Positions 26,011-35,095 of a DNA stretch of 64,000 nucleotides are shown here, one piece after another; position 1 is the stretch's first letter; the number at the start of each line of letters is the position of its first letter. The notes below the pieces were generated by a model. It did no database searches. It had not been told where the DNA came from and worked only from the letters and a program-made list of their open reading frames with translations. A program made the position numbers and the translations under genes. The DNA is from a virus: the IMG/VR virus record IMGVR_UViG_3300028364_000018, positions 32,001-96,000 of that record. One strand, 5' to 3'.

Positions 26011-26808
26011 ATGAAAACTGTTCATTATACATCGGGACTTCCGAGAGCTTGCTCCAGCCTCCTCCAAAACCTCCTTGCCCAGAATCCTCAAGTCCATGCC
26101 ACGGCCACAAGCGGTGTGCATGAGATAGGGTATATCGCCCGTGGGTTCTTTGACACGGAAGAGTTCAAGACTTTCAAGAACCCACTTGACGGAGAACAGC
26201 AATACTATGACTTCCTCCGTGGCGGTATTCAATCCGCTTTCGACTCCCGTACAGACAGACCGATTGTGGTTGATAAGTGTCGTTCGTGGGTGGGGCACCT
26301 AGACCAACTCTTCAAAGTCTTTCCCGATGCAAAGGTGCTTGTTCCTGTTCGTGATGTCCGTGGAATCCTGACTTCCCTTGAGAAGAAACGAGCGCAACAC
26401 CCTTCACGATTTACGGGAGTGGAAAAAGCTAACCCGCAAAACTGGACGACCGTTGAAAAGCGGGCACAAGGTTGGCTTTCGATCCCACCCCTTTCAATCG
26501 CTCTTGAGCGCATTCATGATGCGGTGCGTACCCATAAAGGCAGGCTTCACTTTGTACACGCTGAAGACCTGACAAACGATCCACAAGAAACGATGAACAA
26601 GGTCTGGTCGTATCTGGGGATGGATCCATTTGTACACAACACCAATAACGTGGAACAATACACCACCGAACATGAGCTTGGATTCCCCTATGGGGACCAT
26701 AAAATAAGACCCAAGATCGAACCGCTTAAAAAAGAGTGGAACGAGGTATTGGGCAGAGATTTATCAAGCGCAATCGCAACAAAATTCCAATGGATAAACG
26801 AATTATGA
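26011..26808 (+). CDS. sulfotransferase-family protein
   Basis: SGLPRACSSLL, VDKCRSW, VRDVRGILTS and VHAEDL. Confidence 0.85.
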   Translation: MKTVHYTSGLPRACSSLLQNLLAQNPQVHATATSGVHEIGYIARGFFDTEEFKTFKNPLDGEQQYYDFLRGGIQSAFDSRTDRPIVVDKCRSWVGHLDQLFKVFPDAKVLVPVRDVRGILTSLEKKRAQHPSRFTGVEKANPQNWTTVEKRAQGWLSIPPLSIALERIHDAVRTHKGRLHFVHAEDLTNDPQETMNKVWSYLGMDPFVHNTNNVEQYTTEHELGFPYGDHKIRPKIEPLKKEWNEVLGRDLSSAIATKFQWINEL

Positions 26809-27362
26809 AATACGCAATAACAGGACCAAGAGGACGGATATTTAATATCCTAGACGAAGAACCGCAACGGGAGCATTCTTCTCTTACGGACGAACAAGCG
26901 GTGCAAGCCTCCGAGGGTATCTGGTTCATCGTCGAAGGTGAGTTAAAAACACAGGCGGAGTTCCGTGTAGTGGCACAGGCACAGAGACAGGCTGAACGCA
27001 TGACTGAGCTGTATGCTCAAGACCCGGCCCAAGCCAAGGCACACAAACGCCAAGCGCTATCGGATGCACGCTACCAAGCGGAGATAGGAGGCACGACCTT
27101 CAACGGCATCCCCCTCCGCACGGACAGGCAGACGCAGGCAACGCTCACAAGCGCGATGCTCTTTGCGCAAGCCGATGCAAACTTCACGACTGACTGGAAG
27201 CTGGGCGATGGGCAATTTATCACGCTGGATGCCGCGACTGTCATCGGCCTTGCGGGTGCGGTTCTCTCCCATGTGCAGACGCAATTCACGCGGGAGAAAG
27301 ACCTAAATGCCCTTGTCGATTCCGCGACTACCGCCGAAGAACTTAACACCATCACTTGGTAA
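26805..27362 (+). CDS. DUF4376-like tail-fiber-associated protein
   Basis: RYQAEIGG...TDRQTQA...WKLGDGQF.TLDA...HVQTQF.RE. Confidence 0.75.
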   Translation: MKYAITGPRGRIFNILDEEPQREHSSLTDEQAVQASEGIWFIVEGELKTQAEFRVVAQAQRQAERMTELYAQDPAQAKAHKRQALSDARYQAEIGGTTFNGIPLRTDRQTQATLTSAMLFAQADANFTTDWKLGDGQFITLDAATVIGLAGAVLSHVQTQFTREKDLNALVDSATTAEELNTITW

Positions 27363-27372
27363 CAAATAAATT

Positions 27373-27762
27373 ATGACAAAATTACTACTAACGATTTGCA
27401 TCCTGACTTTTACAGGGTGCTCAACTCCTACCCCGTCTGACTCCAAACCTGTACCGGAAAACTACATGGGGCATCCTACGCTCACGCGTGGGCTTTTCCG
27501 AGAGCTACATGGCTCCTACTTTAACGAGACCGCTGAAAGTCGTATGGTGGTGCGGGTTGAGATGGGCACTGAGTATCAATACGAGTACTCCTCACGCCTC
27601 TACGAAAATAAGCTTACCTATGAGTTCCGCGTTTGGATCGGTAATACGCAAACGGATTTTGATCGAGCGGTAAGCGACATCATGGCGACGATTAAAACCC
27701 TGCCAGAAGAGGATTGGGGTAAGCTTGATGTCGGTCTAAATTATGATCGGGGTCAGCTATGA
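27373..27762 (+). CDS. lipoprotein, paralog of 34715
   Basis: Signal peptide with FTGC lipobox; C-terminal PEEDWG.LD..L.YDR shared with 34715. Confidence 0.75.
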   Translation: MTKLLLTICILTFTGCSTPTPSDSKPVPENYMGHPTLTRGLFRELHGSYFNETAESRMVVRVEMGTEYQYEYSSRLYENKLTYEFRVWIGNTQTDFDRAVSDIMATIKTLPEEDWGKLDVGLNYDRGQL

Positions 27763-28736
27763 CGTTTCGGGTCGATGATCATGGGGCATCTACCCCGCCT
27801 GATGTAATTCGGGTTTTGGTTAATGATACCTGGGGCGGAGAATTGCACCCCGCGCAAGCCAAGCTGTTTCCTTGGGCAGATGTCCGTCGATTGGACTACA
27901 AAGCTCTACGCAATCCGCACGGTCACATGGTTCTTGTAGAGTTTCTGCTTGCTTTAAAACGTGCACACATCGAAAAATACGGGATACTTCCAAACCGCGT
28001 AGAGGTTGATATGTTTCCGTTTTTAGAGATGCAACGCAAGTATCCAGATAGCTGGTTTACAAATATTGCAAAGAAAAAGTATCATGCCGTAATCAATTCT
28101 TGGGGGGATGCCTCTCGCTCCATTTTAGACATGGCCTTTGCCAAATCTAAATTTGCTCAATCCGATAAGCGTAAACGCATTGAGGATGCTGTAGGTGACA
28201 CGCTCCTTTTTTGGGCTTCGGGAAATTCGGATGTTTCGGAGCGTGGAAAGCCTGATGTCCAGTTAAATCTAAATTATACGCAATACCTTTTACGGAGATT
28301 TATCGAGTCCTCAATCATTGTGGGCAGCTGCGATCAGGTTGGATTGCCGTCAACTTTTTCGTCCGATGGCTGGGTGGATGTCGCGTACCGCGGCGAAAAT
28401 ATCTTGTTGTACAATCCGATCAACCGCAAATACCAAAAGGGTCAGGGCACAAGCTTTTCAAATCCTGCGGCCTCCGGTGACTGTGTAGGCCGTGGCCTGT
28501 TTACTGCTGAGGGCGTAAGAGCCTATTTCAAGGCTCGAGCAACCTCTCATCCATCTTGGGATGGGGACAAGTTGCATCCTAAATTTGGTGAGGGTGTGAT
28601 CGTTTTTGATGGTGAGAAGCAAGTCACGAGTGATGTGCTGGCGATGCCGCTATCGTGGCACGATAATAAAAAACTGACCGTGTTTAACCACCGCCGATTT
28701 ATTAGCGGTTTGAAACTTCGTCGGGTGAGTCGATGA
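27759..28736 (+). CDS. subtilisin-like (S8) serine protease lacking a pro-domain
   Basis: VNDT (Asp), PHGH (His), ASGNS (oxyanion Asn) and GTSFSNP (Ser). Confidence 0.8.
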   Translation: MTFRVDDHGASTPPDVIRVLVNDTWGGELHPAQAKLFPWADVRRLDYKALRNPHGHMVLVEFLLALKRAHIEKYGILPNRVEVDMFPFLEMQRKYPDSWFTNIAKKKYHAVINSWGDASRSILDMAFAKSKFAQSDKRKRIEDAVGDTLLFWASGNSDVSERGKPDVQLNLNYTQYLLRRFIESSIIVGSCDQVGLPSTFSSDGWVDVAYRGENILLYNPINRKYQKGQGTSFSNPAASGDCVGRGLFTAEGVRAYFKARATSHPSWDGDKLHPKFGEGVIVFDGEKQVTSDVLAMPLSWHDNKKLTVFNHRRFISGLKLRRVSR

Positions 28737-28945
28737 AGCTTAAGCTCCTTTGTATGGCTGCTTTAATCCTGCTTACTAGCGGATGCGTCTATGTTACGAT
28801 ATCAATCGTTGGTGTCCAGAATAGAAGCAACACCCTTTTACCGTCGGGCGAAGCGTTGACCACCTCGGATACTGATAGTACCGGCGGTGGTTCGGTAGAC
28901 GCAAAACTTTCGCCTTTAGATGAACCCTTGGAGATTGAATTATGA
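28733..28945 (+). CDS. small lipoprotein
   Basis: LLTSGC lipobox. Confidence 0.6.
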   Translation: MKLKLLCMAALILLTSGCVYVTISIVGVQNRSNTLLPSGEALTTSDTDSTGGGSVDAKLSPLDEPLEIEL

Positions 28946-29112
28946 AAAAGAAAATAAATAATTGGTACACCTTTGTAATTTGCTTTGTCTTACTGTTGCT
29001 CTGTCTGCTACCCCTTAGCGGATGCCGAACCTATTACAAATACTCTGATTGGGCCGAGGAGACTTTCGACCCTGATTTTACTCACCCTCAAATTGAAAAC
29101 CCAGCGGAATAA
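28942..29112 (+). CDS. small lipoprotein
   Basis: Hand-translated MKKKINNWYTFVICFVLLLLCLLPLSGC... (56 aa). Confidence 0.6.
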   Translation: MKKKINNWYTFVICFVLLLLCLLPLSGCRTYYKYSDWAEETFDPDFTHPQIENPAE

Positions 29113-29114
29113 TT

Positions 29115-29762
29115 ATGAAAAATAAAAATGGATCTACAACTTTTGAATGGATCGCCCTAATCCTAATCGCGGTCTTTGGCTTCTTTGTGCTTACAGCTTG
29201 CGCCCTAACACCAGACCAGCGGGACTCGTTGAATCGGTTATTCGCATTTGGCGAAGACGTATTCGAGGTCTATGACCAATTTAAAGACAACGGTGAAGAA
29301 GTACCTCCTACTCCCAACCCCGATCAGCCAGACAATGACCTTGGGGAATTTGTGGATTGTACTAAACATGGCAATTTCCTGTATAAGGTGGAGGGCGGTA
29401 AACGATACCAAAAAAGCGCATCTAAAGAGAAATGGTATCTAGTTGACTGCGAGGGGGTACACTTGCCTTATAGCAACTGGTGGCTATTAAAACTGGATTC
29501 GGAAACGGGCGGTCAAATGGCCTTACTGGTCCCATATAAATATAGAGGTTTAATTGCTTCTGTATCTGTAAATGGGGTAGGTGCAAATGTCCGTAACAAT
29601 ATTGCCAATGGTGGTCGGAGCCACTACTACTTCCCAGTCACAAAGGGCCCTTATGCGGTAGTAGTAACCCTCAAAGATGGTACTGTATTAACACATACTG
29701 TACCTGATGGCGCAATGCGTAGTGACAGACCCGGGCAAGCGGGTGAGGTTTGGGCAGACTAA
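29115..29762 (+). CDS. secreted or lipoprotein with a beta-rich C-terminal domain
   Basis: Hydrophobic N-terminus ending in LTAC. Confidence 0.65.
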   Translation: MKNKNGSTTFEWIALILIAVFGFFVLTACALTPDQRDSLNRLFAFGEDVFEVYDQFKDNGEEVPPTPNPDQPDNDLGEFVDCTKHGNFLYKVEGGKRYQKSASKEKWYLVDCEGVHLPYSNWWLLKLDSETGGQMALLVPYKYRGLIASVSVNGVGANVRNNIANGGRSHYYFPVTKGPYAVVVTLKDGTVLTHTVPDGAMRSDRPGQAGEVWAD

Positions 29763-29978
29763 TGGCCACACGATTATTTGTGTGACGTGCTTCCTAAACT
29801 TTGCACATCCAAGCAAGCGGCTGAGGTCTTCAAAGAGTTTATGATTTTGGATGGGGTACCAAAACGCATCTGGTACCCAAAATACAAAGGTGTGCAGCAT
29901 TTCGGGCCTCAGTTTGGCCGGGCTAAAGATCTGGAGGCGTTGGGCAGCCAGCCGGAGCCTGTTGTGATGTTGGGGTAA
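29763..29978 (+). pseudogene. 5'-truncated DUF1353-like remnant
   Basis: WPHDYLCD...AEVFKEFM...HFGPQF aligns with the C-half of the 35892 protein; no ATG start. Confidence 0.55.
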
Positions 29979-29991
29979 ATTTTTTTGACCG

Positions 29992-30102
29992 CTAAATTTC
30001 GCTAATGAGATCGGTAAGAAATTGAGTCTTGTTCATCCCGCTTTTTTTAATGGCGATCATTAGCTTTTGATTTAAATCTTCGGGGAGCGTGAAAGAATGC
30101 CG
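29992..30102 (-). pseudogene. ribbon-helix-helix remnant without a start codon
   Basis: Hand-translated RHSFTLPEDLNQKLMIAIKKSGMNKTQFLTDLISEI*; in-frame stop just upstream. Confidence 0.5.
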
Positions 30103-30191
30103 ATTGTGGTTGGGACCATCTGGCTAGATGGGGCGGTTGTTGGAGAGGACCAGAACATACAGGTGGAGTTGGTGGTCATCCCATAAAGGCC

Positions 30192-30220
30192 TTGACAAAC
30201 TGCTGACTCTAAGGCAATCT
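30192..30220 (+). promoter_or_regulatory. promoter for a leaderless transcript
   Basis: TTGACA-N17-CAATCT, then 6 nt, then ATG at 30227. Confidence 0.55.
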
Positions 30221-30226
30221 GCGTAG

Positions 30227-30466
30227 ATGCCTATCCAACTCCGAACAACCGATAATAAGGTCCAGATTCTCACCCCGCAAACGCGGTTTGTGGAGGTTGT
30301 GGATGACCAACAGCATTTGGTATCCCTGGTCTGGCAGGACCAGGAGGGTCTAACTTGCGTGGCTAGTACCCCGGATAAGATGATCGACCGTTATTGCCGG
30401 ATGTTCGGACTGACGCCCTGCGAATCGCGAACACTACCCAACCACATGTTTCAGGACTCCCAATGA
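30227..30466 (+). CDS. hypothetical protein
   Basis: 79 aa, directly behind a promoter. Confidence 0.6.
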   Translation: MPIQLRTTDNKVQILTPQTRFVEVVDDQQHLVSLVWQDQEGLTCVASTPDKMIDRYCRMFGLTPCESRTLPNHMFQDSQ

Positions 30467-31140
30467 GCTTAATTCAGGGATTACAGGATATAGCAGATGC
30501 GCAGGATGAGCAGGTGGTGGTGTTCGACACCCCATTGACGGCACCCCCGGAAGTGATACTGGCTGTGGTGGAGAACACATCAGCAGACTCCCTTAAACTC
30601 GCTATATCAGCGGAGATCACCAGTAAATCCACCACGGGCTTCACCGCCTCCCTCAGTCAGACGACCAACAGTGCGAACTACAAGCTGAGTTGGTACGTAT
30701 CAGACGCCGGGGCGCTCGCGGCGCTGGTCAATACAGCGTTGGGTGGCCGGCGTATATCAGAGTTACCGACCGCCCCCACCCTGGAGGAGGGTGATACGCT
30801 GACGCTTATACGTCCCTACCCCTACCCGCATGCCATGCAGGTTCAATGGGGATCTACTGCCAATGGCTTGCTCAGGCGTACTGACGTACCGGTCTCAGAG
30901 GTAAGCCCGGGTACAGTAGGAGATTGGGCGGCGACTTCCAGTGGCTTCTGGTTCTACGGAGACAGTGGTTGGGTCCTGTATGAGGGTCAACCCGCTGTTC
31001 CACGCCTTAATTGGGTGGAGAGCGTACCGGCTGATAGCGATGCGCCTGGGACGGAGCGGGATGTGGTTTATGACGGCAACTACCTGAATCTTTGCGTTGG
31101 GCCCAACACCTGGGTACGCTTCCAGGGCCTCACTTTCTAA
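30463..31140 (+). CDS. fiber-like structural protein
   Basis: TSKSTTGFT lectin-like motif; PADSDAPGTERD...YDGNYLNLCVGPNTW. Confidence 0.6.
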   Translation: MSLIQGLQDIADAQDEQVVVFDTPLTAPPEVILAVVENTSADSLKLAISAEITSKSTTGFTASLSQTTNSANYKLSWYVSDAGALAALVNTALGGRRISELPTAPTLEEGDTLTLIRPYPYPHAMQVQWGSTANGLLRRTDVPVSEVSPGTVGDWAATSSGFWFYGDSGWVLYEGQPAVPRLNWVESVPADSDAPGTERDVVYDGNYLNLCVGPNTWVRFQGLTF

Positions 31141-31168
31141 TTGACAACCACCAGTAACTACCTATACT
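31141..31168 (+). promoter_or_regulatory. promoter for a leaderless transcript
   Basis: TTGACA-N16-TATACT, then 6 nt, then ATG at 31175. Confidence 0.65.
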
Positions 31169-31174
31169 CCGATT

Positions 31175-31492
31175 ATGAGCTACATTACTACAATCCCATT
31201 TGGTCCCGCTGTTTTCACCCTTGTGAATGGGGTGGGAAGCGGTAGTGGCATACCCCTTCCTGCGCTGGGATCCTCCGCAGAACCCCTGACAGAGGTCGAG
31301 CCCGACTTTAGTGGGTTGTACGAGGCCGCGGGAGAGGTACGCAAGATGTACCACCAAGCAGCTTCCTTCGTTCCTCCCAGCACTTGGGTGTTGATCGGCT
31401 CTGGCGCATACGAAGCCGGGGTGTTGAACATCATCTACTTTGAGAAGGTAGGTGCTCGGGTGGAGTACTGGGTAGCACAAGAGGAAGAGTAA
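31175..31492 (+). CDS. hypothetical protein
   Basis: 105 aa. Confidence 0.6.
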   Translation: MSYITTIPFGPAVFTLVNGVGSGSGIPLPALGSSAEPLTEVEPDFSGLYEAAGEVRKMYHQAASFVPPSTWVLIGSGAYEAGVLNIIYFEKVGARVEYWVAQEEE

Positions 31493-32970
31493 TGAGTTAT
31501 CGACAGGCATTACTACAGAATGGTTACTCGCTTGACCCTTTGTTCTTCCGTGATTTTTTCCCAAACGGATCGGCAATTCTTTCGACGCGGGTTTTGAGTT
31601 CGGACTTTGTAGGCTCCGACCTATTAACTTCCCGCCGCTCCAGTGACAATGCGGAACTAGGTTTTACCGCACCGGCAATCGCAGATGGGACGCTTACAAC
31701 TTGGGCAGGCGCGAATGATGGACTGGTTCCTACTTGGTACGACCAGAGAGTGCCTACTAATAAGGACTATATGTATTTTGGAGGTGCAAGTTCAGGGGAC
31801 AAGGTTGTTTTTGGTAGTCGTATAGAATTAACTGTAAACAATTTTATAATTAAATATAAAAACCTTATCGTAGACACTCCTAGTGATATTGATATTCTAA
31901 ACTTTGACACAGTGAGCAATGCACAAGCTGTTTGTTATCACAACACGACAAACGTCAGGGTCAGGGCATACAACTCTCCCTTTAATTTGTATAATATAAG
32001 TTTATCAACAGCTTTACCAGTAGGAACAGAATTTGATTTTGAATTGCAAAGAGTTAGCAATACTGTAACTGTGTTTTTGAACGGACTATCAGTAGGAACT
32101 CAAACTGTTGACTCGGGAGATAACTTCGGCTTTGATAGAGTAAATGGAGATTTGACTAATAGCAGTATGTGGAAAGGATATCTTCGTAAACTAGAAGTTT
32201 ATGAGGGTGCTTCTGATGTTTTAACTCATAGTTATCCCGCAGATGGAAATAAAAACTCAAACTGGACAGACCAAATCGGTTCAAACAACGGAACAGTTTA
32301 TGGTTCTCCTGCTAGAGTTTTAAAAACAGATTTTACAAAAACCTCAAGAGACTTTTCTCAATCAACAGCAGGTTCACAACCTTTAATTGTAGAAAATGGT
32401 ACTTTGATAGTTGAAAACACAAAGCCAATGATTGATTATAATGGGACAACAGACCATTTGAGATGTCCTGCTTCTAGTTTTATAACTCCAACAACAGCTT
32501 TGCAGGTGTCAGTTGTGTGTAAAAATGATAGTGCTACTTTAAGTGCTTTTGAAATTTTAATAGGTCAATACGACCACGGTTCAAATCAAAGAAATTGGTT
32601 TATGGGTGTTAATGCTGATGAAAAACTAGAACTAGCTTTTGGAGACCCTAGTAACGGAACTCTTGAAGGTAATTGGACATCAGATGCAGTCATATCTCCA
32701 GCAAATTTACAAACTGTTGGATTTACATATAACGCAGGAATAGTTCAATTAAAAGTAAATGGTTCTAACGTCGCAGGAAGTATTAGTGGCGCTATCCCAG
32801 CCACGTTATACAATTCAAATGTAGATGCAACGATTGGCTGTGTACTTTCTTCAAACTCCCCAGTTTCTCATTGGAACGGACAAATCCTAGAAGTATATGT
32901 CGCAGACAACCTAACCGACAACTTGGACGATATTCAGGCGGCGCAGATGGAAGCATTTAACATTACATAA
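31492..32970 (+). CDS. LamG/concanavalin-A-like lectin-domain protein (adhesin or fiber)
   Basis: Two beta-sandwich units ending WKGYLRKLEVY and WNGQILEVYV. Confidence 0.75.
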   Translation: MSYRQALLQNGYSLDPLFFRDFFPNGSAILSTRVLSSDFVGSDLLTSRRSSDNAELGFTAPAIADGTLTTWAGANDGLVPTWYDQRVPTNKDYMYFGGASSGDKVVFGSRIELTVNNFIIKYKNLIVDTPSDIDILNFDTVSNAQAVCYHNTTNVRVRAYNSPFNLYNISLSTALPVGTEFDFELQRVSNTVTVFLNGLSVGTQTVDSGDNFGFDRVNGDLTNSSMWKGYLRKLEVYEGASDVLTHSYPADGNKNSNWTDQIGSNNGTVYGSPARVLKTDFTKTSRDFSQSTAGSQPLIVENGTLIVENTKPMIDYNGTTDHLRCPASSFITPTTALQVSVVCKNDSATLSAFEILIGQYDHGSNQRNWFMGVNADEKLELAFGDPSNGTLEGNWTSDAVISPANLQTVGFTYNAGIVQLKVNGSNVAGSISGAIPATLYNSNVDATIGCVLSSNSPVSHWNGQILEVYVADNLTDNLDDIQAAQMEAFNIT

Positions 32971-32975
32971 TAATT

Positions 32976-33458
32976 ATGATATACCTCCCATTAACCGCGC
33001 TCCCTCCGCAAACACTCTCTGCTAGTCTTTGGGCCTTGTCTCGACCAGATGCACAAGATAACGATACTCAATTCTATTGCGGGTGGATCACACACCCCAC
33101 GACTGATCAAAAAGCTATCGCGCTTGACCGGCTGGACACCCAGCCAATCCACGCAGACGCGGAACCAGCTATCGACGCACTCACACAGGGACTGGCTCCG
33201 TTTCTACCTGCAAACGAACTGACCGCATTGCAATCTGCTTTGATGGATGCACGAGGCGGGCGAATCAACATCGTGGACATTTTGCCCACCACTTTTACCG
33301 ACAGTCTTTTAACGCGCGATCAAGCTGAATTTGCTGGTTGGTTTCCAAAGGATGACTTGTTCACCATGCTCTCGGCTGCTGGATCAACCTATCAGGGCCG
33401 GATGCTTTCTATCCCGCAATTTCATCGGGAATATCCGATAAAACAGGAAGAGATTTGA
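32976..33458 (+). CDS. hypothetical protein
   Basis: 160 aa. Confidence 0.6.
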   Translation: MIYLPLTALPPQTLSASLWALSRPDAQDNDTQFYCGWITHPTTDQKAIALDRLDTQPIHADAEPAIDALTQGLAPFLPANELTALQSALMDARGGRINIVDILPTTFTDSLLTRDQAEFAGWFPKDDLFTMLSAAGSTYQGRMLSIPQFHREYPIKQEEI

Positions 33459-33628
33459 TGCCCGATCCCACAACACCCAAACCCCAAGCCATCGATCCCA
33501 AGACGGCGTTGACCGTCCTGAAGTTCATATGGAAGTACGCGAAGACCCCTTACGCTAAGTACGCGGCGCGTCGGGCCTGGAAAGAGCAGAAGGCTATCGA
33601 TACACAAGACACCCAAGGCGGAGCATGA
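33458..33628 (+). CDS. small hypothetical protein
   Basis: Hand-translated MPDPTTPKPQAIDPK... (56 aa); coupled at both ends. Confidence 0.45.
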   Translation: MPDPTTPKPQAIDPKTALTVLKFIWKYAKTPYAKYAARRAWKEQKAIDTQDTQGGA

Positions 33629-33810
33629 AGACCCTCATACTACTCGCATTACTCAGTACCGGCTGCACCAGTACCCAACGCCTATTCATTTGGAGTAAGT
33701 CGGGCGAGGCTGTTGACAAAGAAGCGTACGACCGGGAATGGCAGAGGTTGGAGGATCAGGAGCAGGAGCAGAATTTACTGGACAAACCGGTTGTACCTGA
33801 GTTAGAGTAG
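33625..33810 (+). CDS. small lipoprotein (spanin-like candidate)
   Basis: MKTLILLALLSTGC. Confidence 0.55.
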   Translation: MKTLILLALLSTGCTSTQRLFIWSKSGEAVDKEAYDREWQRLEDQEQEQNLLDKPVVPELE

Positions 33811-33848
33811 GTTGATGTCAAACCACACTCAAACATTAGGAACTTAAA

Positions 33849-34238
33849 ATGGATTTACAAGCATTAACACAGATGAGCGCCGCCGGACTACTGGTTATCC
33901 TTGTTGTCTATGTCCTAAAGTACATGGTGAAGCAGCAGGATGCCAAAAACACCTATATGTCTGCGCAAATCGAGTCCAAGGATAAGCTATTGGAGGCCCA
34001 ACGTCTGTACATCGATGACCTCCATCGTGAGGCACGTGTGGATGCGGTCAACACCGTGGGAGTCCTTGATAACGTGATGAAGGTTGTGAGGGAAACATCA
34101 GCCAATCAAACCAATCTCAGCGGTGACATACACAACCACTTCAGTTCTATAGGTGGGGCACTAACCAAACTCATGGAGAGTCTGGATCAGCGCTTTACCC
34201 ACCTTCAAGAAATGTTAGGAACCCCAAAGAAGGATTAA
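33849..34238 (+). CDS. holin-like single-TM protein
   Basis: N-terminal TM segment AAGLLVILVVYVL followed by a coiled coil. Confidence 0.5.
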   Translation: MDLQALTQMSAAGLLVILVVYVLKYMVKQQDAKNTYMSAQIESKDKLLEAQRLYIDDLHREARVDAVNTVGVLDNVMKVVRETSANQTNLSGDIHNHFSSIGGALTKLMESLDQRFTHLQEMLGTPKKD

Positions 34239-34242
34239 TCAG

Positions 34243-34731
34243 ATGAACGCAGTATGCGAGAAATATCACGACCCTGAACTCCAAGCATTAAGAACGGAGG
34301 TGCGAGCGAAGTCCGATTCTATCAAAGCCCTAGTTAGAGGGGTGTACGTCCCTCTTTCTGAGGGGTGTGTGACAGTCACAGCCATTCAGTGGGCGCTCAC
34401 ACCCTCTGCCAACGTCAGGATGCGCCTCTGCGCCCTAGACCTCGAAGACCCGGAGCACACAGTCGTAAACGTGGTGTTTGATGCGGAGGGCACCTTAGGT
34501 CTTCATCACCAACCAGAGCAGCTGACCCTATTCTGCCTATCCGGATCGGTGCTGGAAATGATTAGTGGTAAGATTGTGAACGAGGGAGAGGTGTTATCAA
34601 TCGGACCACACCAGAAGATCGAGTTGGCGTCCACCCGAGCATACCTGACCCTCACATGGAGGCCCCCATTGGAAACTGCTGAAGTAGTCAACCCATATAA
34701 CCCCCGGAATTGCAATGCTAAGACTTCTTAG
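34243..34731 (+). CDS. cupin-like hypothetical protein
   Basis: HHQPEQLTLFCLSG...EGEVLSIGPHQK pattern. Confidence 0.45.
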   Translation: MNAVCEKYHDPELQALRTEVRAKSDSIKALVRGVYVPLSEGCVTVTAIQWALTPSANVRMRLCALDLEDPEHTVVNVVFDAEGTLGLHHQPEQLTLFCLSGSVLEMISGKIVNEGEVLSIGPHQKIELASTRAYLTLTWRPPLETAEVVNPYNPRNCNAKTS

Positions 34732-35095
34732 AACCCAAACTAGATATCTGATACTGGCCCTCGCCCTGGGCCTTCCGGCGTTCACCAATACCGGTTGTAC
34801 GCACGTCGAGATCCCCGCCGCAATAGAGGGGGAGGCCGATCTCTCCAGAGAGGTCTATACAAGACTCAGAGGCACGTACTTCAATTTGGCGGTGCATACA
34901 CTGCACATCGAGCACGGAGCACCTCCAGAAGTACGGATGATCGGTCAACGCCTAGAGGTGCAGATAGATGGGTCGGAACCGCAACTTGATTGGGCGGTGG
35001 ATGAGGTGGTGCGCCTCATCCAACTAAACACCCCAGAAGAAGATTGGGGAGAACTCGACCCTGCGCTGTTCTACGACCGGAGTTGGGAACGATGA
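34715..35095 (+). CDS. lipoprotein, paralog of 27373
   Basis: NTGC lipobox; L.R..Y..L.G.YFN and PEEDWGELD..LFYDR. Confidence 0.75.
   Translation: MLRLLRTQTRYLILALALGLPAFTNTGCTHVEIPAAIEGEADLSREVYTRLRGTYFNLAVHTLHIEHGAPPEVRMIGQRLEVQIDGSEPQLDWAVDEVVRLIQLNTPEEDWGELDPALFYDRSWER

Noticed and set aside
24792-32970. Diversity-generating retroelement acting on the adhesin genes
   Set aside because: No reverse transcriptase and no template/variable repeat pair differing at adenines were seen.
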